From IMG/VR virus record IMGVR_UViG_3300037882_003357, positions 6,255-70,254 of that record: a stretch of DNA of 64,000 nt; one strand, given 5' to 3'. Source of the DNA: a virus. Positions 26,002-36,743 of this stretch are shown piece after piece (positions within the stretch are counted from its first letter, which is position 1; each line of letters begins with the position of its first letter). The notes beneath the pieces were generated by a model that was not told the DNA's origin, ran no database searches, and was given only the letters and a program-made list of their open reading frames with translations. Made by a program: the position numbers and the translations under genes.

Positions 26002-29000
26002 ATGGTCGTCAGCACTTTGCTGAGCCTTTTGATGCCAAAACCGAAAAAAGGAGCAAGTCCAGATGCAACATCAATCAACGTTCAGAGCGGTTCCCCGCTA
26101 ACGCGCATTTTCGGAACTGCTGTAGTTGGAGGTACTGTAGTGGATTCAGTAACTCCTAGTCCAACCCGCAGTGGTGGAAAAGGAGGTAGTCTTGGTGGAG
26201 GTAAAAATAGGCAGGAGGTAAAAATAGGGTCGTGGTTGGCAATTTTGGGAGAAGGTGAACGTCCCTGGAACTCCATTATGAGAGCAGGTTCCACAGTTCC
26301 TATCAGTGTGACGATTCCTAATGGCGTCCTAGCCACAGGATTACAAGAAAAAGGAAGACTAGTATCTGCTGGAAGTGGTTTACAATCTCGCTTCTCTTTT
26401 ACAAGAACTTACAGTAGCACCACAAGCATCCAAACAATGCGGGTGCTAACAGATATTTCACTTCTTCAGAGCGGCTATGGTACAGGAACACAATACATTC
26501 TCGTTGCGTTAGGAAACAGTTCTTGGGTAATTCCTAACAACATCATCGACAACACTTCAAATATCGACTATGCACTAGATTTTAAGTACACTCCTGCTGT
26601 GGGTGTTAGCACCTTTCTGGGTGACTGCGTAGGAGTGCAGCTTGCGCTCATTCAAGATGGCTTTCTGTATCGCACAACAGCCTCTGAGTTTATTCTTTCT
26701 CCAGTAACCCATCCAGGCACTAACGGAGCCTTTCAGACTTTTTCTGGAAGCACACTTTTTTCTAGTTTCACGCTGAAATACAACTTAGCTTCCCAGGAAC
26801 TGACTTCGACTACTGGAAGTGTGAGTAGCTTAGGCGGTGCCATTAGTGTGGTGTATCTCATATCTGTCCAAGATGGTGAAATCACAGGAGCACTTTCAAA
26901 ACCCACAGACATTAACTTTGCAATTAAGGAAAATTCTCTAGCCTACAACTATCTTCAGGAACAAAACGGAGAACTTGCACTGAAGAAAATCTGGATGAAT
27001 GACCAGCTTTGGTACGATGCAACTACAACTGACAGCGAACAACTGACCAAGAACGGCGAAAGACTTCCATACTTTACCTTTTATTCCGGTAGTCTCGCGC
27101 AAACACAAGACGCTACGTTTGTGGCGCTTCGTGGTGCTAACAAGATGCCTGGATATCAAGGGTACTCTTACATCACTTACAACAATCTTCCTCTCAATGA
27201 CTGGGGAAACAACTATCCAACAAGTAAATATTTGGTAGAAAGTACTCTTCCCGCAACTCCTGAAGTCATTGTAGAAGATGCCATGTATCGCAGTGGTGCG
27301 ATGTACAACAAACCTCTTTTAGAAGGGAAAGATTGGGCATGGGCAACTAACCCTGACACTGGAGCTAGACTCGTTACAGGAGCTACTTATGATGGCGTGG
27401 GCATTGACGGCTACACGGTGTCGTTTGACAGCAACGACCTTAAGCGTGTGTGGAATGAAATAGGACAAATGTTCCGCATTGCAGTGGTGAGTAATCCCAC
27501 TCTATCTTATGAGCAAGCTCCACAACGAGGATTTAACCAGCTCAATCCTCCAATGTACAAGATTGTTCCACTTGTGGGAGAACGCACCATTGATGTGGAA
27601 GCAATCAACTTAGGGATTGAGGATTCCAGTCAGGAACTTCCTTGGGCTACAGGATTGGAAGATAAGAAGAGTGAAGAAATTCCTGGGAGTGTGGAAGTTC
27701 AATATTACAATAACAACAAAACGGGAGAACGTGAATCGGTAAGTGTGGATAGAAGCACTTATCAGATTGCGGGTACCTACACGTTTGCCACTAACTACTT
27801 TGCAAATAGACGAGAATCCACAGCTAATGCCATTGCTAATTTCATTCTGTTTCAAGGACTTGAGAGAGCGCGTCAAATCAACAGTGCGGTGCTTCCTAAC
27901 ACCTTGCTAGGAATGCAAACGCTGGTTAAATGGAAAGACACATCAGGAAATGAGACTCTTTCCTTGCGTCCTCAGAAGATAGTGCTAGGAGCTAATGGGA
28001 AAACCGAAATCATTGGTATTTCAGTGAATCCTGCACCTCCTTCTGGAAGCATTACCACGGATGGAATTGCTGATGGAAGCAGACCGCTTTATGTAAGCAC
28101 GAATCCTGAAATACTTTGGATTGAAGGGTATGCTTTCACCACTCCCACTTCAGGAAACAAAAACGTAGTAAACATCTGGAGCGTTAACAAGTTTGGTTCT
28201 CCCGTAAGTGACACTGCTTCTATCCTTATTAGTGCTGACAGTGGTGCAACGTTCAGCACAACAAGCTTAAACTCAATTAGCTCAAATGCTCAGCGAGTTA
28301 AAATTGATGCTTTTGTTCCCACTGCTCGTAAAGAGCATCGCTATTACGAGATTGACAGAGGCACTCACATTGATGTGGATGTAGGGCAATACACTACTCT
28401 CAATTCAGTCGATGAAGTGTATTTGTATGATGCAACTAAGAATATTATGTACATCGAAGGTGTTGGTGTGGTGGGATTTGCCACTGCAACGCTGATTGGC
28501 ACCAACAAATACCGACTCACCAATCTATTATTCAACCTTGGGCAGAGTGGTTTGGACAGCATTACTCCTCCTAGCTCTTGGAGTGTTCCTGCTGAAGCAG
28601 TGATTTTCTTAGGCGCTCCTTACGAGCTGATAGTGCCGAGCAGCTTCAATCAAGGAGATGCTCTCACTCTCTCTGCCGTGACTGCCACAGCAAGTTCTGG
28701 CAACCTCACAAGAGCATTTAGGAAGGCAAATGCTTCTCCCCGTCCTCCTCTTCTTCGTCACATTCAATTTGCGGCTGCTGACAATGCTGTAGAGGTGGCT
28801 TGGAGTCCAAGTGTGAGTCAAAGCACTCTCATCGTTCCTGACCTGTTTAACGACCCGCTACAGGCCGCGCCTGAAAGCTACACGATTAGATTCTGGGAAG
28901 GCGTGACTTTGCGACGGAATTTCTCAGGAATTACCGCAAGATTTGTGTCATACAGCGAAGCGCAGCAAACCACCGATGGAGTGGTCAGCCGCGCTGCTTT

Positions 29001-29085
29001 AGAAGTGGAGATTATTCAGGAAGGGAATGTGGCTACTCTCCTGAGTGTCCCGCGAATTTCTTTGGTTTCTGGACTTTTGGTTTAG
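26002..29085 (+). CDS. tail tip / central fiber protein (GTA megatron-like)
   Basis: G.PLTRIFGT..VGGTV, KKIWMND.L.YD, PGYQG.SYI.Y..LPL.DWGN..P and YRLTNLL motifs; 1027 aa. Confidence 0.8.
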   Translation: MVVSTLLSLLMPKPKKGASPDATSINVQSGSPLTRIFGTAVVGGTVVDSVTPSPTRSGGKGGSLGGGKNRQEVKIGSWLAILGEGERPWNSIMRAGSTVPISVTIPNGVLATGLQEKGRLVSAGSGLQSRFSFTRTYSSTTSIQTMRVLTDISLLQSGYGTGTQYILVALGNSSWVIPNNIIDNTSNIDYALDFKYTPAVGVSTFLGDCVGVQLALIQDGFLYRTTASEFILSPVTHPGTNGAFQTFSGSTLFSSFTLKYNLASQELTSTTGSVSSLGGAISVVYLISVQDGEITGALSKPTDINFAIKENSLAYNYLQEQNGELALKKIWMNDQLWYDATTTDSEQLTKNGERLPYFTFYSGSLAQTQDATFVALRGANKMPGYQGYSYITYNNLPLNDWGNNYPTSKYLVESTLPATPEVIVEDAMYRSGAMYNKPLLEGKDWAWATNPDTGARLVTGATYDGVGIDGYTVSFDSNDLKRVWNEIGQMFRIAVVSNPTLSYEQAPQRGFNQLNPPMYKIVPLVGERTIDVEAINLGIEDSSQELPWATGLEDKKSEEIPGSVEVQYYNNNKTGERESVSVDRSTYQIAGTYTFATNYFANRRESTANAIANFILFQGLERARQINSAVLPNTLLGMQTLVKWKDTSGNETLSLRPQKIVLGANGKTEIIGISVNPAPPSGSITTDGIADGSRPLYVSTNPEILWIEGYAFTTPTSGNKNVVNIWSVNKFGSPVSDTASILISADSGATFSTTSLNSISSNAQRVKIDAFVPTARKEHRYYEIDRGTHIDVDVGQYTTLNSVDEVYLYDATKNIMYIEGVGVVGFATATLIGTNKYRLTNLLFNLGQSGLDSITPPSSWSVPAEAVIFLGAPYELIVPSSFNQGDALTLSAVTATASSGNLTRAFRKANASPRPPLLRHIQFAAADNAVEVAWSPSVSQSTLIVPDLFNDPLQAAPESYTIRFWEGVTLRRNFSGITARFVSYSEAQQTTDGVVSRAALEVEIIQEGNVATLLSVPRISLVSGLLV

Positions 29086-29440
29086 GGAGAACTTCTGCTA
29101 GTTCTTCCTCTGTAGGCCAGTGAAAGACTGTAGTATCTTCAACATTCACCACTGCTTCTAGAGTCTCGGGCAGAGCTTCAGCCAATTGTGCAGACATTTT
29201 TGGCGAAAGACTCAGGTAGTCAGTAACGTTGAAGATTGCATTATTCACAGTAAGCTTTCCTAAAGAACTACTTACGTTTCCTCCCTCCACTTGCCAATCT
29301 AGGATTAGCGTAGGGTCGAAGTGCTGTTTGATAACGAACATCGCTGCTTCGTCTACTGTCTCTGCTGATGCAGCGAAAGCAGTTTCACAAGTGGTTGCAT
29401 TGCAGACTTTGGGTTGCCATTTGAATTGAAATAGTGTCAT
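29033..29440 (-). CDS. hypothetical protein
   Basis: 135 aa, coupled to the upstream gene, overlaps the tail tip 3' end. Confidence 0.65.
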   Translation of the reverse strand: MTLFQFKWQPKVCNATTCETAFAASAETVDEAAMFVIKQHFDPTLILDWQVEGGNVSSSLGKLTVNNAIFNVTDYLSLSPKMSAQLAEALPETLEAVVNVEDTTVFHWPTEEELAEVLPKPKVQKPKKFAGHSGE

Positions 29441-29934
29441 TAAGTTGTTTCCTCTAATTTAGATTCATTTTCTTCGTAGAAATCTCGAGGCTTTGTAGCT
29501 GCGATGAACAGACTGGTTAGAATTGATTGGTGCTGCTCAGCACTAAAGCCTAGCAAAGCTTCTGTAATCCTGGTGTCAGCAGAATAGAGTGAAGCAATCT
29601 CTGCAAAGGTGTCTACCACTTCAGCAGGAGTTAAAGGAGGTAGCATTTTTCGTGGTTGCCAGCCTCCACCAGCAGGTTTGTAGCCAGAGCTAGTGGTGCC
29701 CGCTCCTGAAGCCAAAGTGATTGGTGTTCCTTCTGGAAGCACGATGCGAAGATATGTCCTTCCATCGTTAGTGGCAGCAGTCTCGTAGGTAATGGTGTCT
29801 CCTTCTTTAGGAGAAAAGCCTCTAGAGAAGATGCTTTTTTCTTCATCTTGCACGTACACCTTATAGCTTACGCTATCTGGGTACTTAGAATTGAACGCGC
29901 ACTGTTCAACAGCAGTAACGATTGATTGAGGCAT
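29440..29934 (-). CDS. putative OB-fold ssDNA-binding protein
   Basis: Beta-rich N-domain (PKEGDTITYE), Gly-rich linker, helical C-domain. Confidence 0.4.
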   Translation of the reverse strand: MPQSIVTAVEQCAFNSKYPDSVSYKVYVQDEEKSIFSRGFSPKEGDTITYETAATNDGRTYLRIVLPEGTPITLASGAGTTSSGYKPAGGGWQPRKMLPPLTPAEVVDTFAEIASLYSADTRITEALLGFSAEQHQSILTSLFIAATKPRDFYEENESKLEETT

Positions 29935-30107
29935 GATTAAAGATTCCTGTAAGCGTCAACAATTTCATCGTAACCAAAGAGGTCTAAAGCATCTCCTAAG
30001 ATGTCAGCAGCTTTGATTTGTGCTGCAATCCCAATCATCCAGGGAAAGTGACCGTAAGTCTTTAATTCGGTCTATTAGTTCATCGCGGGCTGATTGTGTT
30101 CTTTGTT

Positions 30108-30767
30108 TCATACAGGGCTTCCTTGTTCTTGGACTCGTTGTTCTAGTTTAGCACGATTTGAAGCACTTAAGCTTTCAATGTAGTTTTCAGGAGTATTACC
30201 TACAGACAAGCTTACACACCCAGAATATGTTTCTAGCGCATTTTCAAATATGATATCCGCAGTAGCTGCAACATGCACAGAAAACTTGAGGATAGACTGC
30301 TCATCTAGTTTTCTGGAAAGTTTTTCTGCCCAACCCGCAAGCTTTCCTTCTGTCAAATATTCATCAAGGTTAGAAGGAAAGCTGAAAAGATTAAAAACGT
30401 CCGTTTCTTCCGCAGCAACAAAAATAGGCGAAAAACAGTTCTGAATGTTGGCATACCAAAACAGCACATCTCCCATTTCTGCATCAAGGTCTGATAAGGA
30501 ACTTATTGCCTCATCAGTGTCGAGAGTGCCGTCAAATGAATCTACAGTGTAACAAGCTTCTCTGAACTCATGCAGTTCTGCAATAAAACCCATCACCGCA
30601 CGAAGCATCCTCACTGCAAAAGCAGGTTGTGAGTCTTCATCTTTATTTATGTATTTGGGAAAACTTGCGTTTTCCACAAATTCCAAGTAATCAGCGTCTA
30701 GTGTGAACGAGAAAATTAGTGGTTTATTTGAATTAATATGCGCATCGTCGTCATAAATGAGTGACAT
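30108..30767 (-). CDS. MazG-like nucleotide pyrophosphohydrolase
   Basis: GFIAELHEF...AEMGDVLFWY and C-terminal NRAKLEQR; ATG 30767 preferred. Confidence 0.7.
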   Translation of the reverse strand: MSLIYDDDAHINSNKPLIFSFTLDADYLEFVENASFPKYINKDEDSQPAFAVRMLRAVMGFIAELHEFREACYTVDSFDGTLDTDEAISSLSDLDAEMGDVLFWYANIQNCFSPIFVAAEETDVFNLFSFPSNLDEYLTEGKLAGWAEKLSRKLDEQSILKFSVHVAATADIIFENALETYSGCVSLSVGNTPENYIESLSASNRAKLEQRVQEQGSPV

Positions 30768-30913
30768 AAGGCTACCTAACGAGACAACATGTTCAGCATA
30801 ACACAGAAAATACGCAAGCCGCAATGCATAAAAGAGAAATTAGCCTGACATACACAAAATAAGCACATTTACGGGTAGTACGCGATATTGCATACTGTTG
30901 TGGTCAAAATCTA

Positions 30914-31043
30914 CACATGCTGCATTATGTGCTACCTTGCTCTTATTTACTTGGTTATGCTGCCTTGTCAACCTTCTCTTATATAATACTCTTATAGCCA
31001 GGGTTGACAGCTTGCATGTGGCGGCAGAATGTGTTGGGTAGCA
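30914..31043. repeat. nested inverted and direct repeats, candidate replication origin or divergent control region
   Basis: TGTCAACC/GGTTGACA, TGCTGCC/GGCGGCA and TGCTACC/GGTAGCA around an AT-rich core; CTCTTAT three times. Confidence 0.5.
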
Positions 31044-31047
31044 GATA

Positions 31048-34000
31048 TTGAAAAGTGATGATAAGATAATTGTTAATGAGAAAGAATTAATGCGTAATAT
31101 GCAATCACAACAAGAAACGAGTCTGCTAAGACAGTGTGAAACATTCAAATCCTTAATGGAAGATTGCCCTGTTTGTGGAGAGAGATGCAGCGGTAAACCT
31201 GTTAAGTGGGTACGTGAAGACGAAACACTAATTAATCGGGGCGTTTGGTGTTTTAAGGCAGACATGAACCATCCTCCAAATGGTTGGTCATTAAAGCAGA
31301 GCGTAAAAGGGTTCATCACGGCAACCGTGACGAGCGAAGAGGCTAAGACGCTCTGGGATACTATTGTCAAGGACGCAAGATGGGGGGCAAAATCATCAGG
31401 AGCTTCCCGCCATCCTCAAGGAATGGGCAAAAAGACTAAAGCAGTTTCAGCACAGTATTTCATTTCTCAGAAAGCAAAGAATGCTTTTGTGGAGCAGCTT
31501 GTGCAGTATGGGTATTATGCACATCGAAAAGATGCTGCGGCAGCAGACTTATTTGCTAGAGGACTCACTGAGGAGCAAATCATTAAGCACAAGATTTTTG
31601 ACCTTGAACAGCAAGGTCACACGCCGTCACGCATTGACGCAGAGCAGCGCACAACTGCGTTGGAGTGGTTAGGCCGTAAAGCGTTTCGCGGTTTGGAGAA
31701 AGGTGACACTTGGAAGCTTTCCCACAGACTCGATGGCTACTTAGTGCCTATTTTCAATTACAACCAGGAAATCACAGGATTCCAAATTCGTACTTACCCT
31801 CATGTGATTAAGCAAGCCGAAAGCAATCAGCGAGAAATGAAGCGACTGTTGAAAGAAGGCTACACGGTGCACAACAGCGAAGAGGAGATTGTAGAGCGCT
31901 TCAAGAACAAAGGTGTGTATGTTCCACCTAAGTACTTGTGGGCTAAGGGAATCACACAGGCAGGAAAGGAGGTCAGCTCACATTTGTCAATGGGACATGA
32001 ACTTCCCTTGCAGACATTGAAGGCTGCTGTGCCCTCTAAGACGCTTCTCTTCGTCGAAGGTACTTTGAAGCCTATTGTGGTTTACGAGAGGCTTGGAGGT
32101 CAATTTCATGTGCTTGGAGCAGCAGGTGGAAGCTTCACATCTAGTCGCACAATTCTACTACACACTCTTCAAGCTTTCGTGCAAGAATACGCCATTCAAA
32201 ACGTTGTGTGGCTTGCTGATGCTGGTTCCTACGCTCGTACTACCCAAGTAGCCGAGACTCAAGCTGAGTACCGAGAACGCAGAGAACGAGAGCTGCATCT
32301 GAAAGACTACACAGAAGATGCTTATGGACGAGTGCCTACGCTGAAGTCAGAAGCACGTAAGGCTGCATGGGCAATCATTAATGCTGAGATGCGCGAACTT
32401 AGCGGTAAGTGGGCAGATGTGAAAATCACTAAAGAGCGTCCCTACAAGCGTTCTAATGTGGTGAATAACATTGCCTATGCCAAAGACTTTGTAGAGCGAT
32501 GTGGACTGAGCTTCTCAGTTGCAGATTGGGGGCAGTTAGAAGTTGAGGGAGAGAAGGATTCTCTAGACCCTGACGTGGTAGACACTGGAAAGATTCTTGC
32601 TGCACTTCCTCCAAAGCTACAGCAAGTAGATGAGAATGCGCCATTTAAGCAAGCTAGACTGAATGCCTTTTACAACAACCACCACAGAACAGTTGCTTTT
32701 AACTTTCCCAGGCAGCAGTACAACACCGTTAAAATTGAGTCCAGTGACGAAATCGTATCTGCCATTGCTACTCATCCTGAAATAAAAATTAAGATGATTG
32801 GTACTCCAACAGGTATTGGAAAGAGTACTGTTGTGTCTTCAATTCCCTTTCAAGAAATGGGATACGACAAGCTTATTTACGTTTCTCAGACCACTCGCAA
32901 TCCTGTGACTGCTGAGATTGAAAGTTTATTTTATCCTGTGGAAGGTAGGCATGACGGTCTTGTGCGTGTAGAAGGGCAGCTAACTCCTAACGGTCATTAC
33001 GTAAACAGACGAGCTAATGGTAACGAAGAAAGACAAACAGAGCCTAACTGTGCAAGGTTTGCCGAGCATAATGCTGCTAGAGAAAATCACTTAGACACTC
33101 AGGGTATTTGCCATTCTTGCCCATTTTTGAAGGATTGCCGCAGCGGTGAGCATGAACACTACAATTACCTTTACCAGCGAGCGCAGTCTAGGCAGCATCC
33201 TATGCTACGCGCCACCACAGCGGTGCTGAATCCTGCGGACATTAACGAGAAAACTATGATTGTCTTTGATGAAAACTATCAGTGCGCTCCACCTTCTGAG
33301 GAAGTTAGTTTTTCTGCTGGCGACTTTGCGGAGTACATTAGTCTCATAGATAGAAAGTTTGGTGTTGAGCAGGGTGGTTTAGTGGTTGACAAATTGGGAA
33401 ACATCCAGCCAGGAAGCATTCCTTTTGAAATGTTGCCTAGCATTGCCGAGCAAGTAAATCAAGACCTCATCGAAAAGAGAAAGCGCTTAAGCCAGTGCAA
33501 CTCAAAACAGCGTATACTTCCCGCTAAGGCTGTAAAGTTCGTGAATTTATTGCTTGCCAAAACTCGATGGAACTTTAACGAGTATTCACAAACATTCACT
33601 GCGACCGTTCGGAATGAACACGTACTTTCATTAATTGAAAATGCTGGTACGGTCGTCTTAATGGACGCTACATGTATTCCTGAAATCTTCTGTGTTGAGT
33701 ACGGACTAAATCCTGAAGACTGTTTGTTCGTTACAGCGGACGATAAAGCCACTGAAAACGTTACTGTTGTTCCGCTATTAACAGAGCACTGGAATGGTCG
33801 TCAGTACAGCACTGACAAGCAGACGATTCTTGACAGGACGCGTAAAGGTGCTGAAGAACTTCACGGCGAGGGTAATGTAGGAACAATATCTTTTAAGGCT
33901 AATATTGCTCCAGGAGACATGAAATGGGGTGGTGAAAGCCGAGGAAGTAACCGCTTTGCTCAAAAGACTGCTGTTATAGCCGCAGGGCTTCCTTTCATAA

Positions 34001-34797
34001 ACATTGATGCCATGTCTAGACGCTACATGCTGCATAAGGAGAAGTATGAAGAACTTGGAATCTCTGAAGAAAACTACCAGAACACTCTTCTACATGCGGA
34101 GATTAAGCAAGGGATGGGAAGGCTTCGTGGCTTTCACCGTACAGAACCGCTTAAATTCTACATTTTGTGCAACGCCAGCTTCCCACAACTAGAAGCCGAA
34201 GGTTACAAAGTGGAGCCTGAGCTTCTTGCTGATTGGGGTGTTACGGAAGCCTACACTACTCAACTTGAAAGCATTGATGCTCTGATTCCTGCTCTTAAAA
34301 AGCTTTGCAGGGAAGGAGTAAAAATGACTCAACAGGCATTGGCGAATGCTGCGGATAAGAGCAGACAATCGGTCAGTAAACAGCTTAAAAAACTTGGCGT
34401 GACTCTTGCTGATTTGGCAGAGTTAGCTAAGCAAAGCGTTGCAAGTGCTCTTCCTGTCCCTGCTGCGAGATTTTTTGGTCTCACTCCTGAACTTAAAGAA
34501 GACATCAAGAAGCGTAAAGAGCGCGTAGAAGCAGGACAGATTGACGAACTTGCTCAGTACCAGGAACTTGCTTCACAAGCTGAGGTAGTGAGAGCATTAC
34601 AGAGCATTCAGGAGGGTTGGTATCCTAAAGGGATAAGGCGAACAGACTTGTTCTATCTTCAGACCACATTGCTCAGCAACATTACAAGAGACATAAGATT
34701 TGCAAGTGGTAGACAAAACATGAGTGTGTGGGATACAATCGTAGATGAATGGGAAACAGAACAAATTTTGGAAGATATTTATGCATGCACTGCATAA
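31048..34797 (+). CDS. primase-helicase fusion (Zn finger, TOPRIM, SF2 helicase, HTH); CyRepA1-like replication protein
   Basis: CPVCG..C; VEGTLKP, GAAGG and LADAG (TOPRIM); GTPTGIGKS; FDE; DAT; QGMGRLR; C-terminal TQQALA HTH. True start may be ATG 31090 or 31099. Confidence 0.8.
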   Translation: MKSDDKIIVNEKELMRNMQSQQETSLLRQCETFKSLMEDCPVCGERCSGKPVKWVREDETLINRGVWCFKADMNHPPNGWSLKQSVKGFITATVTSEEAKTLWDTIVKDARWGAKSSGASRHPQGMGKKTKAVSAQYFISQKAKNAFVEQLVQYGYYAHRKDAAAADLFARGLTEEQIIKHKIFDLEQQGHTPSRIDAEQRTTALEWLGRKAFRGLEKGDTWKLSHRLDGYLVPIFNYNQEITGFQIRTYPHVIKQAESNQREMKRLLKEGYTVHNSEEEIVERFKNKGVYVPPKYLWAKGITQAGKEVSSHLSMGHELPLQTLKAAVPSKTLLFVEGTLKPIVVYERLGGQFHVLGAAGGSFTSSRTILLHTLQAFVQEYAIQNVVWLADAGSYARTTQVAETQAEYRERRERELHLKDYTEDAYGRVPTLKSEARKAAWAIINAEMRELSGKWADVKITKERPYKRSNVVNNIAYAKDFVERCGLSFSVADWGQLEVEGEKDSLDPDVVDTGKILAALPPKLQQVDENAPFKQARLNAFYNNHHRTVAFNFPRQQYNTVKIESSDEIVSAIATHPEIKIKMIGTPTGIGKSTVVSSIPFQEMGYDKLIYVSQTTRNPVTAEIESLFYPVEGRHDGLVRVEGQLTPNGHYVNRRANGNEERQTEPNCARFAEHNAARENHLDTQGICHSCPFLKDCRSGEHEHYNYLYQRAQSRQHPMLRATTAVLNPADINEKTMIVFDENYQCAPPSEEVSFSAGDFAEYISLIDRKFGVEQGGLVVDKLGNIQPGSIPFEMLPSIAEQVNQDLIEKRKRLSQCNSKQRILPAKAVKFVNLLLAKTRWNFNEYSQTFTATVRNEHVLSLIENAGTVVLMDATCIPEIFCVEYGLNPEDCLFVTADDKATENVTVVPLLTEHWNGRQYSTDKQTILDRTRKGAEELHGEGNVGTISFKANIAPGDMKWGGESRGSNRFAQKTAVIAAGLPFINIDAMSRRYMLHKEKYEELGISEENYQNTLLHAEIKQGMGRLRGFHRTEPLKFYILCNASFPQLEAEGYKVEPELLADWGVTEAYTTQLESIDALIPALKKLCREGVKMTQQALANAADKSRQSVSKQLKKLGVTLADLAELAKQSVASALPVPAARFFGLTPELKEDIKKRKERVEAGQIDELAQYQELASQAEVVRALQSIQEGWYPKGIRRTDLFYLQTTLLSNITRDIRFASGRQNMSVWDTIVDEWETEQILEDIYACTA

Positions 34798-35029
34798 TCA
34801 AAATCGTACAGACGCAGAAGTTCTTGCCAAATATTTTGAAAAGCATGGCGCTAGAGCTTATGTGGTTTCAGGAATACTAAAAGAAAACGGTGATGTCGGT
34901 GTATATCTGTGCAGCTCACTTCCAAAAGCTGTCGCGAGATTGGATGATTTTCATTCTCCAGCATTTGTATACTTACAGACTTTGAAAGGAGAAATTATTC
35001 CACTAAGCGAGTTATCGCGACATGTCTAA
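34745..35029 (+). CDS. hypothetical protein
   Basis: 94 aa ORF between primase and nuclease. Confidence 0.55.
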   Translation: MNGKQNKFWKIFMHALHNQNRTDAEVLAKYFEKHGARAYVVSGILKENGDVGVYLCSSLPKAVARLDDFHSPAFVYLQTLKGEIIPLSELSRHV

Positions 35030-35780
35030 ACGTAAAACACCTAAACCAAGGAGCAAAGAAAAGCTTGATGCCCCTGATGCACCAGCTACGCATCACCCTA
35101 ATTTGGAGAAACCGTTCGGTGAGCTTTGGAAGAAGCTTGCCGAGCCTCTAGAAAAGGAACACAGCATTGAACTGAGCTTGCAGCACGAAGTCTCCATCTG
35201 CAAGCTCATTGCTTTTGATGATAGAAGCATGACCAAGCACCACGTTGACTTCTACTGTTCTGAGCTTAAACTCACCATTGAGATTCATGGCGCTACTCAC
35301 AAGGGACGTAATGGCGCACACAGTAGCGCATTAGGCATTAGGCGTGACATGCACAAGCAGCGCCTGCTCACGCTCTCAGGATACAAGCACCTGGAACTAG
35401 ACGCTCCTATGAGCAGAGATGCTCAGCTTATTCAAGACACTTTGGACGTGCTGGTTAAGGAATACCTTGGCTACCCAACCATTTCTATACCCAATCCCAT
35501 CCATTACTCGTCTTGGGCTAACAATGCTACTGAAGCTAGAAAACTCATGAGGGAGACTAAGCGACTGGAGAAATGGTTAGAAGCTAATCAGCATTTAGAC
35601 ATTATAGGCTCCACTCAAGAGGTGAGAATTGGTAGTGCCATACGGTCTAGTACAGCGTTGAAGCTCTTGCCAAAAATGGGATACGAGAAATACTTGAGAA
35701 GATTCTTGCGTGATTGCAAATATGGTGATAAGATAATACAGAAACCTGCCACTCAAACTGTTTGGAGGAAAGCAAGATGA
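35022..35780 (+). CDS. Vsr/DUF559-like endonuclease
   Basis: HVDFYC..LKLTIEIHG..H...RD..K..L....GY motif. Confidence 0.75.
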   Translation: MSKRKTPKPRSKEKLDAPDAPATHHPNLEKPFGELWKKLAEPLEKEHSIELSLQHEVSICKLIAFDDRSMTKHHVDFYCSELKLTIEIHGATHKGRNGAHSSALGIRRDMHKQRLLTLSGYKHLELDAPMSRDAQLIQDTLDVLVKEYLGYPTISIPNPIHYSSWANNATEARKLMRETKRLEKWLEANQHLDIIGSTQEVRIGSAIRSSTALKLLPKMGYEKYLRRFLRDCKYGDKIIQKPATQTVWRKAR

Positions 35781-35877
35781 AAGTATTAGTGGGTGCAATT
35801 TTCTTTTGGATTGTTGTGCAGATTTCAAACATCTATCTTCAATCCGCAGCCGACAATAATAACCCCGTTGCTAAGCA

Positions 35878-36390
35878 ATGGGAGCAACAACTTTACAAAG
35901 GAAAACAATGACATTAACTTATCAAGAACAAGAAATCAATAAGATTGCAGGACGCATTGCTATTCGTGGAGAAAAGTATCTTCGCAGTGATGGTAGCCAC
36001 GCTTTCCAAGTGCTCCAACCCATCTTCCGTCAGGCGTATCTTGAAAGCTTGCGTATGCGTAAAGGTCAGTACGTTTCAACCAATCTAGTTGAAATGAGTT
36101 TGTATGCTTCACTAGCACCTTTCCTTGCAGACTACTCAGACACCACAATCTACTTTAACGAGATTCCTGGTGAGCTGGGCAAAGCTCTTACGCGAGTAGC
36201 TGAAGACAGATTTGCTACAAACATCATTGTAGTGAACTCTCAGCTCATTGACAGATTAGAAGTCCATCGCTTTCCAGAGTTTAAGATTATCCGCTATCTT
36301 GGAGAGCTACATGCCTTTGAGCTAAACACTGAACGCTGCAACGCTTCGATAGAAAATGAAGGAGCAATAACAAAAACAAAAAATAAATGA
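35878..36390 (+). CDS. hypothetical protein
   Basis: 170 aa ORF; start may be the second ATG. Confidence 0.65.
   Translation: MGATTLQRKTMTLTYQEQEINKIAGRIAIRGEKYLRSDGSHAFQVLQPIFRQAYLESLRMRKGQYVSTNLVEMSLYASLAPFLADYSDTTIYFNEIPGELGKALTRVAEDRFATNIIVVNSQLIDRLEVHRFPEFKIIRYLGELHAFELNTERCNASIENEGAITKTKNK
36351..36361 (+). promoter_or_regulatory. putative late promoter motif AGAAAATGAAG
   Basis: Upstream of the terS / distal tail / hub cluster. Confidence 0.6.
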
Positions 36391-36743
36391 AGTCCAAAGA
36401 ACTTGTAATTCCTAAAGTCCTAGATGCCTTAGCTTCTAGCGCTCCTCGTAGCGCTGCGGCTAAGGCTGCAGGCATTAATGCAAGAACTCTCAGCCGTTGG
36501 ATGGCTGACGATGAGAGTCTTAAAGAGAAAGTAGAGCAAGCAGAAGCTCAAGCAGTGGTAGAGCTGTACCGTAATCTGCATTATATGAGCAGCACTCAGA
36601 ACTTTGCTGCTCTCAATAAGCTCATCGACTTGCAAAACAAGAATGATGACACCGTTGACCGGATTTGTGACCTTCTTGAGAAAGCACTACCCGCTGAATG
36701 GTATGCCTTAGCACTGAAGGCAATTGAAGAAGGTGACATTTAG
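36387..36743 (+). CDS. terS: putative terminase small subunit
   Basis: N-terminal HTH (AAAKAAGINARTLSRWMADD) followed by helices; late motif upstream. Confidence 0.6.
   Translation: MKSKELVIPKVLDALASSAPRSAAAKAAGINARTLSRWMADDESLKEKVEQAEAQAVVELYRNLHYMSSTQNFAALNKLIDLQNKNDDTVDRICDLLEKALPAEWYALALKAIEEGDI

Noticed and set aside
30840-31370. 176 aa minus-strand ORF
   Set aside because: It is antisense to the primase zinc-finger region and covers the repeat region; no RBS or recognisable motifs
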